Shown: positions 17,047-26,925, counted from the stretch's first letter. The stretch: 41,699 nt of DNA from Candidatus Bathyarchaeia archaeon (GCA_038882655.1 JAVZNT010000007.1:1-41699), one strand, 5' to 3'. Notes: a model not told the origin generated them from the sequence alone. Numbers and translations: made by a program.

Positions 17047-19518
17047 ATGTCTAGTATGAAGCCTTTGCCAAAAGAGTTTGACGTATCTGCTGTTGAGCGG
17101 AAGTGGCAGGAGCTCTGGGAAGATTGGGGCATATACCGTTTCGACTGGAAAGACTATAAGCGTCCAGTCTTCAGCATTGACACTCCACCGCCTTATCCTT
17201 CCGGCGAGTTCCACATGGGGAACCTCCTGAACTGGACCTATTTCGACATCGTCGCCAGATATAAACGCATGAAAGGCTACAATGTTTATTTTCCGCAGGG
17301 ATGGGACTGCCACGGTTTAGGCATAGAAGTTCAAGTGGAAAAAGAACATAATATTCGCAAACGGGACCTGCCGCCAGACAAGTTTCGCAGTCTGTGCATG
17401 CAACTGGTTGAAAAGTACATTGCCATGATGAAAGAGGGTATTGTAAGGCTTGGATGCAGCGTTGACTGGACAACAGAATACCGCACTATGGATCCGGATT
17501 ACTGGCGGAAAACCCAGCTAAGCTTCATAATGCTGTATCGCAAAGGCTTCATTTATCAGGGCGCGCATCCGGTCAACTGGTGCCCTAGATGTGAAACTGC
17601 CATTGCAGATGCTGAAGTGGATTACGAAGAGCGGGAGGGCAAACTCCACTACATAAGGTTTCCATTGGCGGACGGCAGCGGGTACCTCCTAATAGCCACA
17701 ACTCGCCCAGAATTTATACCAGCATGCGTAGCCGTAGCCTTAAACCCAACGGACACCCGTTACACGAAATACATCGGAAAATACATAACTGTGCCAATTG
17801 TAAACCGTGTTGTGGAAATAATCCCAGATGAAGATGTTGAACCATCCTTCGGCACAGGTGTTGTCATGATTTGCACATATGGCGACAAGGAAGATGTTCG
17901 CACTGTTAAAAGACATAACTTGCCAGCAATCACGATTTTGACGGAAAATGGGCTGATAAACGAAAATGGCGGAAAATATAAGGGCTTAACGGTGGAGGAA
18001 GCCAAGGAAGCAATAGTTAAAGACTTGAAGGCTGAGGGGCTTTTGGAAAAAATCGATTCCATAAGACAGGAGATAGGCATATGTCAAAGATGCGAAACCC
18101 CGATAGAGATTTTGGAGCGCAAGCAGTGGTTTATGAAAACCAGAATCCTAACAGACCGTGTGGAGAAAGAAGCCCACGAGGTCGTCTGGTACCCTGATTA
18201 CATGAAGTATCGCCTTATAGACTGGGCGCGTTCGCTGGACTGGGATTGGGTTATAAGCCGCCAACGCGTGTTCGCCACGCCCATACCCATATGGTACTGC
18301 AAAAAATGCGGAGAAACTATTCTGGCTGAAGAAAGCTGGGTTCCAATAGACCCAAAACTTGAAAAGCCACTAATAGAAGCTTGCCCAAAATGCGGATGCA
18401 AAGAATTCGCTCCAGAAACTGACGTCTTGGACACATGGATGGACTCATCAATATCGTGCGCAGTGCACGCCGGATGGCCAGACCGTGAAGACTGGAGAAG
18501 GCTTTTCCCTGCAGACGTGCATCCTTCAGGCGTGGACATCATCCGCACATGGGCATATTACCTCATGGTTAGGCACTTGGCACTGTTCGACGAGAAGCCC
18601 TACAAAAGCTGCCTAATTAACGGTATGGTATTAGGCGCTGATGGCAGAAAAATGAGCAAATCCCTAAAAAACTATGTGGCAACACCGGAAGTCCTTGATA
18701 AGTATGGAGCTGACGCTGCCCGACAATGGGCTGCAGGAGGTGGAGCTACAGGCTCAGACATTCCATTTCGATGGCCAGACGTGGAATATGGTAGACGCTT
18801 CCTAACGAAGCTTTGGAACGCCGCCCGCTTCGTAGGCAGCCAACTCGCAGATTATAAGCACGGCAACGGCGACCATGAGCTTCAATTGTTGGACAAGTGG
18901 ATTTTAAGCAAAGCCGAAAAGCTAATCCAGAGGGTTACAGAAGCCCTTGAAAAATGCCAGTTCAACATAGCCCTCGAAGAAACCCGCAACTTCACTTGGC
19001 ACATTTTCTGCGACCAATACATTGAGGCTGTCAAAGACCGCCTATACAAGCCCGAATTGTATGGTGAAGCTAAAAGAAAGGCCGCCCAATATACGCTTTA
19101 CACGGTTTTATACCGCATACTGCAGTTGCTGGCGCCCATAACACCTCACATAACAGAGGAGATATACCAGCACATGTACGCCGAACACATAGGCATGAAA
19201 AGCATGCACAAGACTCAATGGCCCCAAGTGGACGCGGGTAAAATCGACGAGAGAGCAGAAAAAGAGGGTGACTTGCTAATAACAGTCATAACGGAAATCA
19301 GAAGAGAGAAGGCTGAAAAGCGGAAGCCCCTCAACGTATCCATAAAGCTGGTTAAAATTTACGCTAGGAACAAAGACTACGCGAGAATCCTCGAGGAGAA
19401 CAAGGAAGATATCGCTGGTACATGTAAGATCTCAAAACTGGAGATTTTGCCCGAAAAAGGTGATGGTAGGCGAGTGCCGCAATACCCGGAATTGAGCTTC
19501 ACAAGCGAATATGACTGA
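17047..19518 (+). CDS. valS: Valine--tRNA ligase (archaeal type)
   Basis: DTPPPYPSG.FHMGN (HIGH), GWDCHG, ATTRPE editing domain, DWVISRQR and KMSKS. Confidence 0.96.
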   Translation: MSSMKPLPKEFDVSAVERKWQELWEDWGIYRFDWKDYKRPVFSIDTPPPYPSGEFHMGNLLNWTYFDIVARYKRMKGYNVYFPQGWDCHGLGIEVQVEKEHNIRKRDLPPDKFRSLCMQLVEKYIAMMKEGIVRLGCSVDWTTEYRTMDPDYWRKTQLSFIMLYRKGFIYQGAHPVNWCPRCETAIADAEVDYEEREGKLHYIRFPLADGSGYLLIATTRPEFIPACVAVALNPTDTRYTKYIGKYITVPIVNRVVEIIPDEDVEPSFGTGVVMICTYGDKEDVRTVKRHNLPAITILTENGLINENGGKYKGLTVEEAKEAIVKDLKAEGLLEKIDSIRQEIGICQRCETPIEILERKQWFMKTRILTDRVEKEAHEVVWYPDYMKYRLIDWARSLDWDWVISRQRVFATPIPIWYCKKCGETILAEESWVPIDPKLEKPLIEACPKCGCKEFAPETDVLDTWMDSSISCAVHAGWPDREDWRRLFPADVHPSGVDIIRTWAYYLMVRHLALFDEKPYKSCLINGMVLGADGRKMSKSLKNYVATPEVLDKYGADAARQWAAGGGATGSDIPFRWPDVEYGRRFLTKLWNAARFVGSQLADYKHGNGDHELQLLDKWILSKAEKLIQRVTEALEKCQFNIALEETRNFTWHIFCDQYIEAVKDRLYKPELYGEAKRKAAQYTLYTVLYRILQLLAPITPHITEEIYQHMYAEHIGMKSMHKTQWPQVDAGKIDERAEKEGDLLITVITEIRREKAEKRKPLNVSIKLVKIYARNKDYARILEENKEDIAGTCKISKLEILPEKGDGRRVPQYPELSFTSEYD

Positions 19519-19601
19519 AGTGCCATATTGATGTCAATTTCGCTGTTGGCGTAGAACTGCAAAATTGATAGCCCCCTCTAGTTTTTCGGTAAATTAATGC
19601 C

Positions 19602-20738
19602 TTAACCTTGTTGTGCCTTTTTTACCTCATTTATGAGTTTGTCTATTTCTTCCTCCGTGTTGTAGAAGTGGGGTGAAACCCTTATTCCATTGGCTCTTGC
19701 GGATACAACGATACCCATACGCCTTAATTGCTCAACAACTTCTTTAGGCCTGTCAATTTTGAAGTTGACTATTCCAGAGCGGTGTTTGGGTTCTTCTGGT
19801 GTTTGAAGCTCCAAGCCTGAAGCTTTAACAGCCTCTATCAAATGGTCTGTAAGCTTTAAAACGCGCTTTTCAATGTTTTCAATTCCAAAGCACAAGAGCA
19901 TTTTTATGGCTTCAGCCGCGCCCACAAAACTTAAGAAGCTTGGTGTCCCCACCTCAAAGCGACTTGCCGTCTCTGAAAGCCTCAAACTCCAAATGTCCCA
20001 AAAATCTACAGTTTCGAAGATTTCTTGTTTAACGCTTGCCCATCCAATGTAGGGCGGCTCAAAATTTTCTACGAGGTCTTTCCGCACGTAGAGGTATGCG
20101 GCTCCGGGCGGGCTTAAAAGCCACTTGTAACAAGCTGTTGTCAGAAAGTCTACGCCTTCGCGTTTAACGTCTATTGGTATCACTCCAGCAGACTGTATCG
20201 CGTCAACAATTAGGTATGCGCCGTGCTCGTGGGCTATTTGGCTTAAAACCTTCAAATCGTTTCTGAAGCCATTAACATATTCAACATGGCTTACTGTAAC
20301 AGCAACAGTGCTATCGTCTACTGCTTTCTCAAAATCTTCAAGCGGAATTTTCCCGCTAACATTTTTAACATAACGGATTTTGACGCCTAGGCTTCGTTTA
20401 AGCCATGGATAAACCACCGAGGGATACTCCAAATCAGTAGTCACAACCTTCGAACCTGGCGGATATTCCAGCACATTCGCAGCTACATTCAAGCCGACAG
20501 AAGTGTTTTCAACGAGGGCTATTTCCTCCAACTTCGCGCCTATAAGCCGTGCAAACAAAGCCTTTCCACAGTCATCCCACTCCGAAGTGGAAACGCCTCC
20601 AAAAAAGGAGAAATTCTCCACACATTTTTTAACGGCGTCAGCAACAGGCTTTGGAAGTGGAGATTGAGCGGCATGATTTAAGAAAATTTTGTTCTTGACT
20701 ATAGGGAAAAGCTCGCGAACTGCATCAACATTCTCCAT
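19602..20738 (-). CDS. Class V PLP-dependent enzyme (C-S lyase/kynureninase-like)
   Basis: FLNHAA, DAIQSAG, CYKWLL.PPG, RFEVGT and IRVSPHFYN motifs; lacks the desulfurase persulfide Cys loop. Confidence 0.85.
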   Translation of the reverse strand: MENVDAVRELFPIVKNKIFLNHAAQSPLPKPVADAVKKCVENFSFFGGVSTSEWDDCGKALFARLIGAKLEEIALVENTSVGLNVAANVLEYPPGSKVVTTDLEYPSVVYPWLKRSLGVKIRYVKNVSGKIPLEDFEKAVDDSTVAVTVSHVEYVNGFRNDLKVLSQIAHEHGAYLIVDAIQSAGVIPIDVKREGVDFLTTACYKWLLSPPGAAYLYVRKDLVENFEPPYIGWASVKQEIFETVDFWDIWSLRLSETASRFEVGTPSFLSFVGAAEAIKMLLCFGIENIEKRVLKLTDHLIEAVKASGLELQTPEEPKHRSGIVNFKIDRPKEVVEQLRRMGIVVSARANGIRVSPHFYNTEEEIDKLINEVKKAQQG

Positions 20739-20780
20739 CTCTTATACCTTCAACATTTTGCTTCTGAGTAAAGGAGTTTC

Positions 20781-21863
20781 TCACCTAAAACATTTCCACT
20801 TTTTCTTAAGTAAGCCCTTCAACTCATCAATAACGCTTTCAACTTTCTTCCTGACGAAGGGAGGTTCAATAGGCGGCGTGTAGGGCTCCTCAACATTCAT
20901 TTCTTCAAGGCCTACTACTCCGGCAACGAGGGCGTACCAGCATACTGGCAAAACTTTTGGGTTATATCCGCTTCCAGGCAGCAAAATAAGCTTTCCATTG
21001 CACACTTTTTGGGCTGTTTCCTTGATTAGGCATGAGAGCCTAAAAAAGCCATTAGCTGTCAAGCTTAGGTCGCCCAGCATGTCCGCAAAATGGGAGTCGC
21101 TTCCACCGTTCGCAATTATTATTTCTGGTTTAAACTCCTCGGTTAAAGGCACAAAAATCTCTCTAACAGCATACAAGTATGTTTCGTCGCCGGTTCCAGG
21201 CGGCAATGTTATATTAACATTGTAACCTTCCCCTTCACGTTCCCCTACATCCCATGTAAACCCCTTTCCGGGATAGATTGTTCGTGGGTCCTGATGCAGT
21301 GAAATGAAGAGCACGCTCGGGTCGGCATAATAAATGTCGCTTGTTCCGTTTCCAAAATGGACATCATAATCAAGTATGAGAAAGCGTTTCACGTCTTTTT
21401 CCGCTTTTAAAAATTCAACTAAAACGGCTATGTCATTGAAAAGGCAGAATCCACCTCCATAATCTCTTCCGGCATGATGATAACCACCGCCAAGCGATAT
21501 GGCACGTTTGACTGTCCCATTAAAAACGGCTTTTCCACACTCAATTGCGCCGCCAACAACAAACAAGGCAGCCTCAAGAATTGAAGGCGAAACTGGGGTT
21601 TCAATGTCATAGGCTCTGCTTTCCTCTGCCAATCGGAAAATTAGGTCTACGTAGTCTTCGCTGTGCACTCTCAAAAGCTCTTTTTTTGAGGCTGGCTTTG
21701 GCTCCAAAATCCTGAGCTGTGGAAGACTGAGCAAGCCGTGCTCTTTGAAGAAGTTCATGGCGTTTATGAATCTATCTCCTCTAAAAGGGTGTCCTTCGCC
21801 AAGGTCATATTGCTTAAACTTTTCATGAAAGGTCATCAAAACATTCTCGCCCTGCAAACACAA
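20781..21863 (-). CDS. Histone deacetylase/AcuC family Zn-dependent deacetylase
   Basis: HP....R, GGYHHA, GFCLFND, DYDVHFGNGT, SLHQ, YPG.G and D.H..D motifs. Confidence 0.9.
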   Translation of the reverse strand: MCLQGENVLMTFHEKFKQYDLGEGHPFRGDRFINAMNFFKEHGLLSLPQLRILEPKPASKKELLRVHSEDYVDLIFRLAEESRAYDIETPVSPSILEAALFVVGGAIECGKAVFNGTVKRAISLGGGYHHAGRDYGGGFCLFNDIAVLVEFLKAEKDVKRFLILDYDVHFGNGTSDIYYADPSVLFISLHQDPRTIYPGKGFTWDVGEREGEGYNVNITLPPGTGDETYLYAVREIFVPLTEEFKPEIIIANGGSDSHFADMLGDLSLTANGFFRLSCLIKETAQKVCNGKLILLPGSGYNPKVLPVCWYALVAGVVGLEEMNVEEPYTPPIEPPFVRKKVESVIDELKGLLKKKWKCFR

Positions 21864-21951
21864 CCCTCAAAATAAGGTGGATGGCGCAGAATATAAAATT
21901 CTCTTGCCCTTAAATTGGCGAAACTAAATAGAAAAAAGAGGAGGGTTTCAG

Positions 21952-22527
21952 CTATCCTTCGCTTTTCTGCTCTATATGTTCTTCCGGCTGAGTTTCCTGC
22001 AAGTTTTCGCTTACGCCTTCAGCTTCAACTTTTGGGGCGAGTTCCACAACCGCCACTTCAAGACTGCTGGTTTGGCTACTCTCAGCGGGTTTTTGTTCCA
22101 CTTCTTGCTGTTGTGGTAAAGGGCTTTCCGCCACTTGTGGACTTGTGAGCTTTCCAATGGTTTCTTTGATAGCGCTTAACTCTTGCTTTGTGTTTTCAAG
22201 TCCCATAGATAGGAGGGCAATTTCCCGCTGGTAAACTTCCTCCTCTATTTCGCCCCCAACGTGCTGAATCTCAAAGTTCGCCAACAACTTCTCCAAAGTC
22301 TTAATTTGCTCTTCTAACTCCCTTGCCTTAACGGACATCTTATCCAATAAAGCCTTCCTCTGCCTTTCAATTTCAGCTATGGCTTCATTCATCTCGTTCT
22401 CAAAAAGCTCGTATGTCGGCCGCGATATTCTACCGTTTTCAAGCAAACTGTTCAAGGCTTGCCTCTTTTTTACAACAGTCTCATATTCGATGTTTAATCT
22501 CTCAAAGGAACGCTTCCACGAAAACAA
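21952..22527 (-). CDS. CdvA-like coiled-coil protein
   Basis: KRQAL..LLE.GRIS..TY and LANFEIQH..GEI.EE.Y resemble the CdvA coiled-coil domain; acidic low-complexity tail; no PRC barrel. Confidence 0.7.
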   Translation of the reverse strand: MFSWKRSFERLNIEYETVVKKRQALNSLLENGRISRPTYELFENEMNEAIAEIERQRKALLDKMSVKARELEEQIKTLEKLLANFEIQHVGGEIEEEVYQREIALLSMGLENTKQELSAIKETIGKLTSPQVAESPLPQQQEVEQKPAESSQTSSLEVAVVELAPKVEAEGVSENLQETQPEEHIEQKSEG

Positions 22528-22656
22528 TTCCTAAACACCAGCCAAAGAAGAGGCTAATATAGAAAATAACGTTTGTTAATATGTAGAGATATCGCTAACT
22601 GTTAAAATAAGCTGTTTTCAGCCAAAATTGATGAAAATTAAACTTTAAAATGTCGG

Positions 22657-22688
22657 CTCAAAGTTCCTCAAAGTTACTGCAACTTTGA
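22657..22688. repeat. Tandem CTCAAAGTT x2 plus inverted repeat TCAAAGTT-N5-AACTTTGA
   Basis: Direct copies at 22657-22665 and 22667-22675; 8-5-8 dyad at 22668-22688. Confidence 0.6.
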
Positions 22689-22692
22689 AATT

Positions 22693-23589
22693 TTAACATG
22701 CCAGCCCACGACGTGATATAAATTCTTTTGGAATAACCGCCCTAACACCCTTTTTAGGGTCCACAACCTGATTAATCCTAAGGTCCACAACAAGGCTTGC
22801 GAACATGTAAGCCTCTTCAAAACTCCAATTATGCTCGCGCATTAAGGCTTTGACAATTTCCTCAACAGCCACGGTGCAAGCATCATCAAGTGAATTAGCG
22901 CAAACCAAAATTTCATGACTGTTCTCCGTTTCCAATATAGGCCATGAAACACTTTTTCCCTTGAGAACATCAAAGCTTAACGTAAGTTCGCCTGAAACTT
23001 CTATTGCTGAAACACAAGCCTCCCCGTCGGCTTGAACTGCATGTAAATCACCGGCAGCGAAAAGCGCCCCCTCAACAAAAACTGGCAAATAAAGAATTGT
23101 TCCACGTGTTATTTCCTTAACGTCCATGTTTCCGCCGTGTTTTCCCAAACTGCCAGTTGGAATTTCATCAGTCTCCGGAGCCACACCAATGGTTCCAATC
23201 ATCGGACAAATTCTCACCCGCGCGTCTTTTTCGAAATGGGCATATTCACCAATAATTGGAACAAATTTTATCTTAGCCTTGAAGGGCTTATCCTTTAAAG
23301 CGCCATGTTTTGGCACAACTGCTATTATGCCTTTATCAGCTACTCTTATCTTTTCTATTTTGACGATAAGCGTATCGCCTGGCTCTGCCCCTTCAACAAA
23401 TATGGGGCCTGTGGCGCCGTTAACCTTAGACCAGTCTAACTCTTCGAGAGGCATCTTTTCATTTTTAATTTGTCCTCCGAAGGCGTCCTCTAACTCCAAG
23501 CGAACCTTTTCTCCAAGTTTGATATATTCTGCTGGCTTATGTTTTGGTGAAAAAGAATAGACGCGCTTCCATTTAGGCACGGTTTTCAT
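22693..23589 (-). CDS. Acetamidase/formamidase family protein
   Basis: N..TGPIFVEGAEPGD, PMIGTIGVAP, HGGNMD, GDLHA.Q.DGE and QVVDP motifs. Confidence 0.92.
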   Translation of the reverse strand: MKTVPKWKRVYSFSPKHKPAEYIKLGEKVRLELEDAFGGQIKNEKMPLEELDWSKVNGATGPIFVEGAEPGDTLIVKIEKIRVADKGIIAVVPKHGALKDKPFKAKIKFVPIIGEYAHFEKDARVRICPMIGTIGVAPETDEIPTGSLGKHGGNMDVKEITRGTILYLPVFVEGALFAAGDLHAVQADGEACVSAIEVSGELTLSFDVLKGKSVSWPILETENSHEILVCANSLDDACTVAVEEIVKALMREHNWSFEEAYMFASLVVDLRINQVVDPKKGVRAVIPKEFISRRGLAC

Positions 23590-23756
23590 TTATTTCACTC
23601 CTGAACTTTTGACTATCTGATTTAATGTATAGGTTAATTAAGTTTACATTTGGCTTGACGTTTAAACTTGTTTTATTCGATCTCAACTTCGAATTCTGAA
23701 TTAGAATAAAATTTAAATATTTATATCTGACCTAAAATGTTAAAACGTGAATAAAC

Positions 23757-24131
23757 ATGACGGCTCTCACAATCATCGTTGGCGGTGGAAAGTTGGAAGG
23801 AAAAATATTAAAGAAGATACATGAACGCATCATTAAAAACTTCATGGATATAATAATTTTGGCTGAGCTTAGAAACGGCTCAATGAGTGGTTACGACGTA
23901 ATATCTTTCATCCACAACAAATTCCACCTGCTAGTAAGCTCAGGGACAGTCTACTCCCTACTCTACTCGCTGGAAAGAAATGGATTAATAGAAGGCACAT
24001 GGAACGAAAGGAAAAGAGTTTACAAACTAACAGAGAAAGGCGTAAAAACAATAGAAACCATACTCAGCGCCAATGACAAAATAAAAAATTTCATAACAAG
24101 CCTCCTAAAAGTCCAATCATCCCCTTCCTAA
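23757..24131 (+). CDS. PadR-family transcriptional regulator
   Basis: wHTH motifs MSGYDVI, SSGTVYSLLYSLER.GLI and RKRVYKLTEKG; start could be the TTG at 23793. Confidence 0.88.
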   Translation: MTALTIIVGGGKLEGKILKKIHERIIKNFMDIIILAELRNGSMSGYDVISFIHNKFHLLVSSGTVYSLLYSLERNGLIEGTWNERKRVYKLTEKGVKTIETILSANDKIKNFITSLLKVQSSPS

Positions 24132-24202
24132 CTTTTAAAATATAAGGCTAAACGAAATACTAAATAACATCCTCTCAAATTCTCTAAAACGAAAACAAAA
24201 AG

Positions 24203-24298
24203 GGGCCCGTAGCTCAGTAAGGATAGAGCACCGGGCTTTTAAGCCACAAAAGCCAAGAAACCCGGGGGTCCCGGGTTCAATTCCCGGCGGGCCCGCCA
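24203..24298 (+). tRNA. tRNA-Lys(UUU) with 18-nt intron at 37/38 (24242-24259) and encoded CCA
   Basis: Acceptor stem GGGCCCG/CGGGCCC, D-stem GCTC/GAGC, anticodon stem CCGGG/CCCGG with CT-TTT-A, T-arm CCGGG-TTCAATT-CCCGG, then GCCA. Confidence 0.93.
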
Positions 24299-24416
24299 GT
24301 ATTCTACCGTGAACCCCGTGGGTTTTCTTTATAGAATTGTGAATATGTTTGCAACATGGAGAACTATGAGCTTTCCGAAAAAGAAAATAAACTCTGAGTT
24401 ATTCAACTATTCCCGC

Positions 24417-24495
24417 GGGGTAGTCGTCTAGCTTGGTCAAGGATACCAGCCTGGGGCGCTGGCGATCCTGGGTTCAAATCCCAGCTACCCCACCA
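24417..24495 (+). tRNA. tRNA-Pro(GGG), encoded CCA
   Basis: Acceptor stem GGGGTAG/CTACCCC, anticodon arm CCAGC-CTGGGGC-GCTGG, T-arm CTGGG-TTCAAAT-CCCAG, then ACCA. Confidence 0.95.
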
Positions 24496-24900
24496 CTACC
24501 GACGCCTGGGACACCAGCACGTTTTCTGTTTGTGTTTTGGACACTGGTTTTTACGCAGTTCCATCCAGTGCAAAAACATGTGCACTTGAGTCTTCTTTAG
24601 GGAAAGAGTTGGAGTAAATGGTAAACGCAAAGATCGTGTTTTCAGCTATTGGGAAACGGCAAAATCTAGAGGGACTAGTCAAATTATGGTTGTTTTTAAC
24701 TGCAAAATTGGATATTGGCTATGTCTGAGCGCTTCTTTCCTTTTTGAAGCGTTCCGAAGTGAAGAACGGGTAGGTGAATAGTTAAATGGGAATAAGTTTA
24801 GGGAGGATAAATCTTCTTTTTTAGGAATATTCTGGAAAACGTAGTTATGCGTAAAATAAAAAAGCTGAATTGTTAATTTAGGTTTGGAGAGTTGTTGTTG

Positions 24901-26043
24901 ATGGGTGATAATCAAAGTGATGATGCAGATAATTCTTTGAGCGGGAAAATTAGTGTTTTTGTACCTGTTTATGGATATTCTGATTTGCTGAAGGAGCTTC
25001 TGGAGGGATTGATTAATGATTCCTACCGGAATAAGGAGATTTTTGTTGCTATCGATAAGCCTACTAAAGAGACACTTAAGGTTGTTGAGCATTTTCGGGA
25101 GAAAGTGCATTTTATTTTAAACGATGATAGGCGAGGTAAGGTTGAGGCTTTAAATGAGGCTGTTAAGCTTTCTAGCGGGGAAATTCTAGTTTTTATAGAC
25201 TCTGATGTTAAACTTGGCGAATGTGAGAGTTTTCTGGAAACAGTAGCTTTGGAAATGAGGGAGACCGATATTTTGGACATAAAGAAGAAGATTATGAAGG
25301 ATTCGTTTTTATCCAGAATGGTGAATTACGAGTTTGTGGGCTCGAACTTTTCAAGCTACCTTTACTCAAAACTTGTGCAAAAATGTTTCGCTGTTGGCGG
25401 AACAGCTTTCGCCATTAAAAGGGAGGTGTTCCAAGAAGTTGGTGGATTTGCTAAAGTAGTTTCAGAAGATCTTGACTTAGCTGCGAAAGTCTTCCTGCAA
25501 AACGGACGATTTAAGTTTGCAAACAAAATTGAGGTTTACACAAAGGCTCCCTCAAGTTTGAAAAGTTGGTTTGCTCAGAGAAAAAAGTGGGGTGTAGGAA
25601 CAGGTTTATGGATTAAAACCTATGGAGGAAAAATTATTAGATACATTGCAAGGTATCCTCACATCGCTTTTCCATGCGCCCTCATGCTTTTCCCAACGAT
25701 TACCCTTATGCTGTTCAACTATGTTTGTTCCCTCTTCCCAGACTTCCAGCTTTTCAGTTTTATCCCTAAAGCTTTGGCGTCGCAGTTAAACCTCTCAACT
25801 GCGCCTATACTTTCCTCTTCAGCGGCCTCCATTCTTTTCATGATTTTGACAAACTTCTTTTTAGGTTTCATAGCCTTCTCTATAATATTTTATTCAGCTT
25901 CGAAAAAATTGAGGTTCCAGTTTAACCTTGCTGAGTTTGTAGCTTATTACTTCTTTTATCAACCTATATCCTTTATTGTGCTTTTATCCGGTATAATTTC
26001 AGCCTTCCTTTTTAAGAGTCATAAACTAGACTGGAAAGTATAA
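24901..26043 (+). CDS. Processive-type GT2 glycosyltransferase with C-terminal TM helices
   Basis: SVFVPVY, GKVEALN, FIDSD, SEDLD and QRKKW (QxxRW variant); ATG at 24901. Confidence 0.88.
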   Translation: MGDNQSDDADNSLSGKISVFVPVYGYSDLLKELLEGLINDSYRNKEIFVAIDKPTKETLKVVEHFREKVHFILNDDRRGKVEALNEAVKLSSGEILVFIDSDVKLGECESFLETVALEMRETDILDIKKKIMKDSFLSRMVNYEFVGSNFSSYLYSKLVQKCFAVGGTAFAIKREVFQEVGGFAKVVSEDLDLAAKVFLQNGRFKFANKIEVYTKAPSSLKSWFAQRKKWGVGTGLWIKTYGGKIIRYIARYPHIAFPCALMLFPTITLMLFNYVCSLFPDFQLFSFIPKALASQLNLSTAPILSSSAASILFMILTNFFLGFIAFSIIFYSASKKLRFQFNLAEFVAYYFFYQPISFIVLLSGIISAFLFKSHKLDWKV

Positions 26044-26058
26044 AAATAGAGGGAGAAG

Positions 26059-26925
26059 TTATATTTTACTAACACTTTCGGAAAGTGTCTCTCCTGTTGG
26101 AGGAGGCGGAGCCTTAGGCGCTCTACGCTTTCCAATGAAATAGCCCAAGAATAACGCTACAACAAAGCAGACAACCCCAATGACAATGTACATAAGGATA
26201 TCCATAGGTATCAACGATGGGCCTCCTCTGCTCATTTTGTACGTTATTTTTTGAGTGTTTTGAGTTGTGAACTCTCTGTAGATTTCATATGTGAATGATT
26301 TCAGAACTCCGTTTTGGTCATATTCTAAGTAAAGCTTCATCCAACCAGTATAACCATCACGATCCCCGTCATCATCATAGTCTATGGCAATGGCATCTGT
26401 GTCCTTAACTTTTAGGTCTACCTCTAATTTGAAAACTCCATTTTTTGCTTCAGAAACTTTAACAGTCACATAGTCTGCTGATTTGATAGGTTTTATTAGG
26501 GCGTCCCACTCGCCTGCACGTTCATCCCAATCTGTAGACGTGAACAGGTTAGGCGTTGGCGCATAATACAATGGGCTAAAACTTTCAAAAGTCCGATTAC
26601 CCTCAATTATTCGTCTATCAATTATCGCGCCATAGTAGCCGACTGTTGTTAGTTCAATTTTTAGGCCGTAGCCACCAGTTTGCGTCTCTATATCTTCTAT
26701 TTTGACATTTATTAGATTGGAGTACGAGCTTTTACCTGATCCTTTCTCTGTTTTAACTTCAGAGTAACCTTCCATAAAGAATTGGTACTGGTCTCCTTCT
26801 TTATACCCGTATTTTATTGATGCGCTGGCCGACTTCACAAACGCCGCGCTCAGGATTATTGCCAAGTATGTTAAAGTTATCGCTGCTGTTAAAAGTTTCC
26901 TTTTAGTTTGCTCCAATTCTTTCAT
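26059..26925 (-). CDS. Exported, C-terminally membrane-anchored surface protein
   Basis: Signal peptide (KRK-hydrophobic-ASA), beta-rich body, DYDDDGDRDG loop, C-terminal TM followed by KRR and a Pro-rich tail. Confidence 0.75.
   Translation of the reverse strand: MKELEQTKRKLLTAAITLTYLAIILSAAFVKSASASIKYGYKEGDQYQFFMEGYSEVKTEKGSGKSSYSNLINVKIEDIETQTGGYGLKIELTTVGYYGAIIDRRIIEGNRTFESFSPLYYAPTPNLFTSTDWDERAGEWDALIKPIKSADYVTVKVSEAKNGVFKLEVDLKVKDTDAIAIDYDDDGDRDGYTGWMKLYLEYDQNGVLKSFTYEIYREFTTQNTQKITYKMSRGGPSLIPMDILMYIVIGVVCFVVALFLGYFIGKRRAPKAPPPPTGETLSESVSKI

Noticed and set aside
19602-20738. Cysteine desulfurase (SufS/IscS) call
   Set aside because: The catalytic Cys loop (RxGxHC or SSGSAC) is absent.
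24299-24890. Split (SSV-type) integrase or att site after the tRNAs
   Set aside because: The frames I read through the tRNA 3' ends stop within about 50 codons with no tyrosine-recombinase motifs, and no repeat of the tRNA ends was spotted.
24679-25110. 143-aa minus-strand ORF
   Set aside because: Overlaps the GT2 start, has an I/Q/L-rich antisense-like composition and no recognisable domain.
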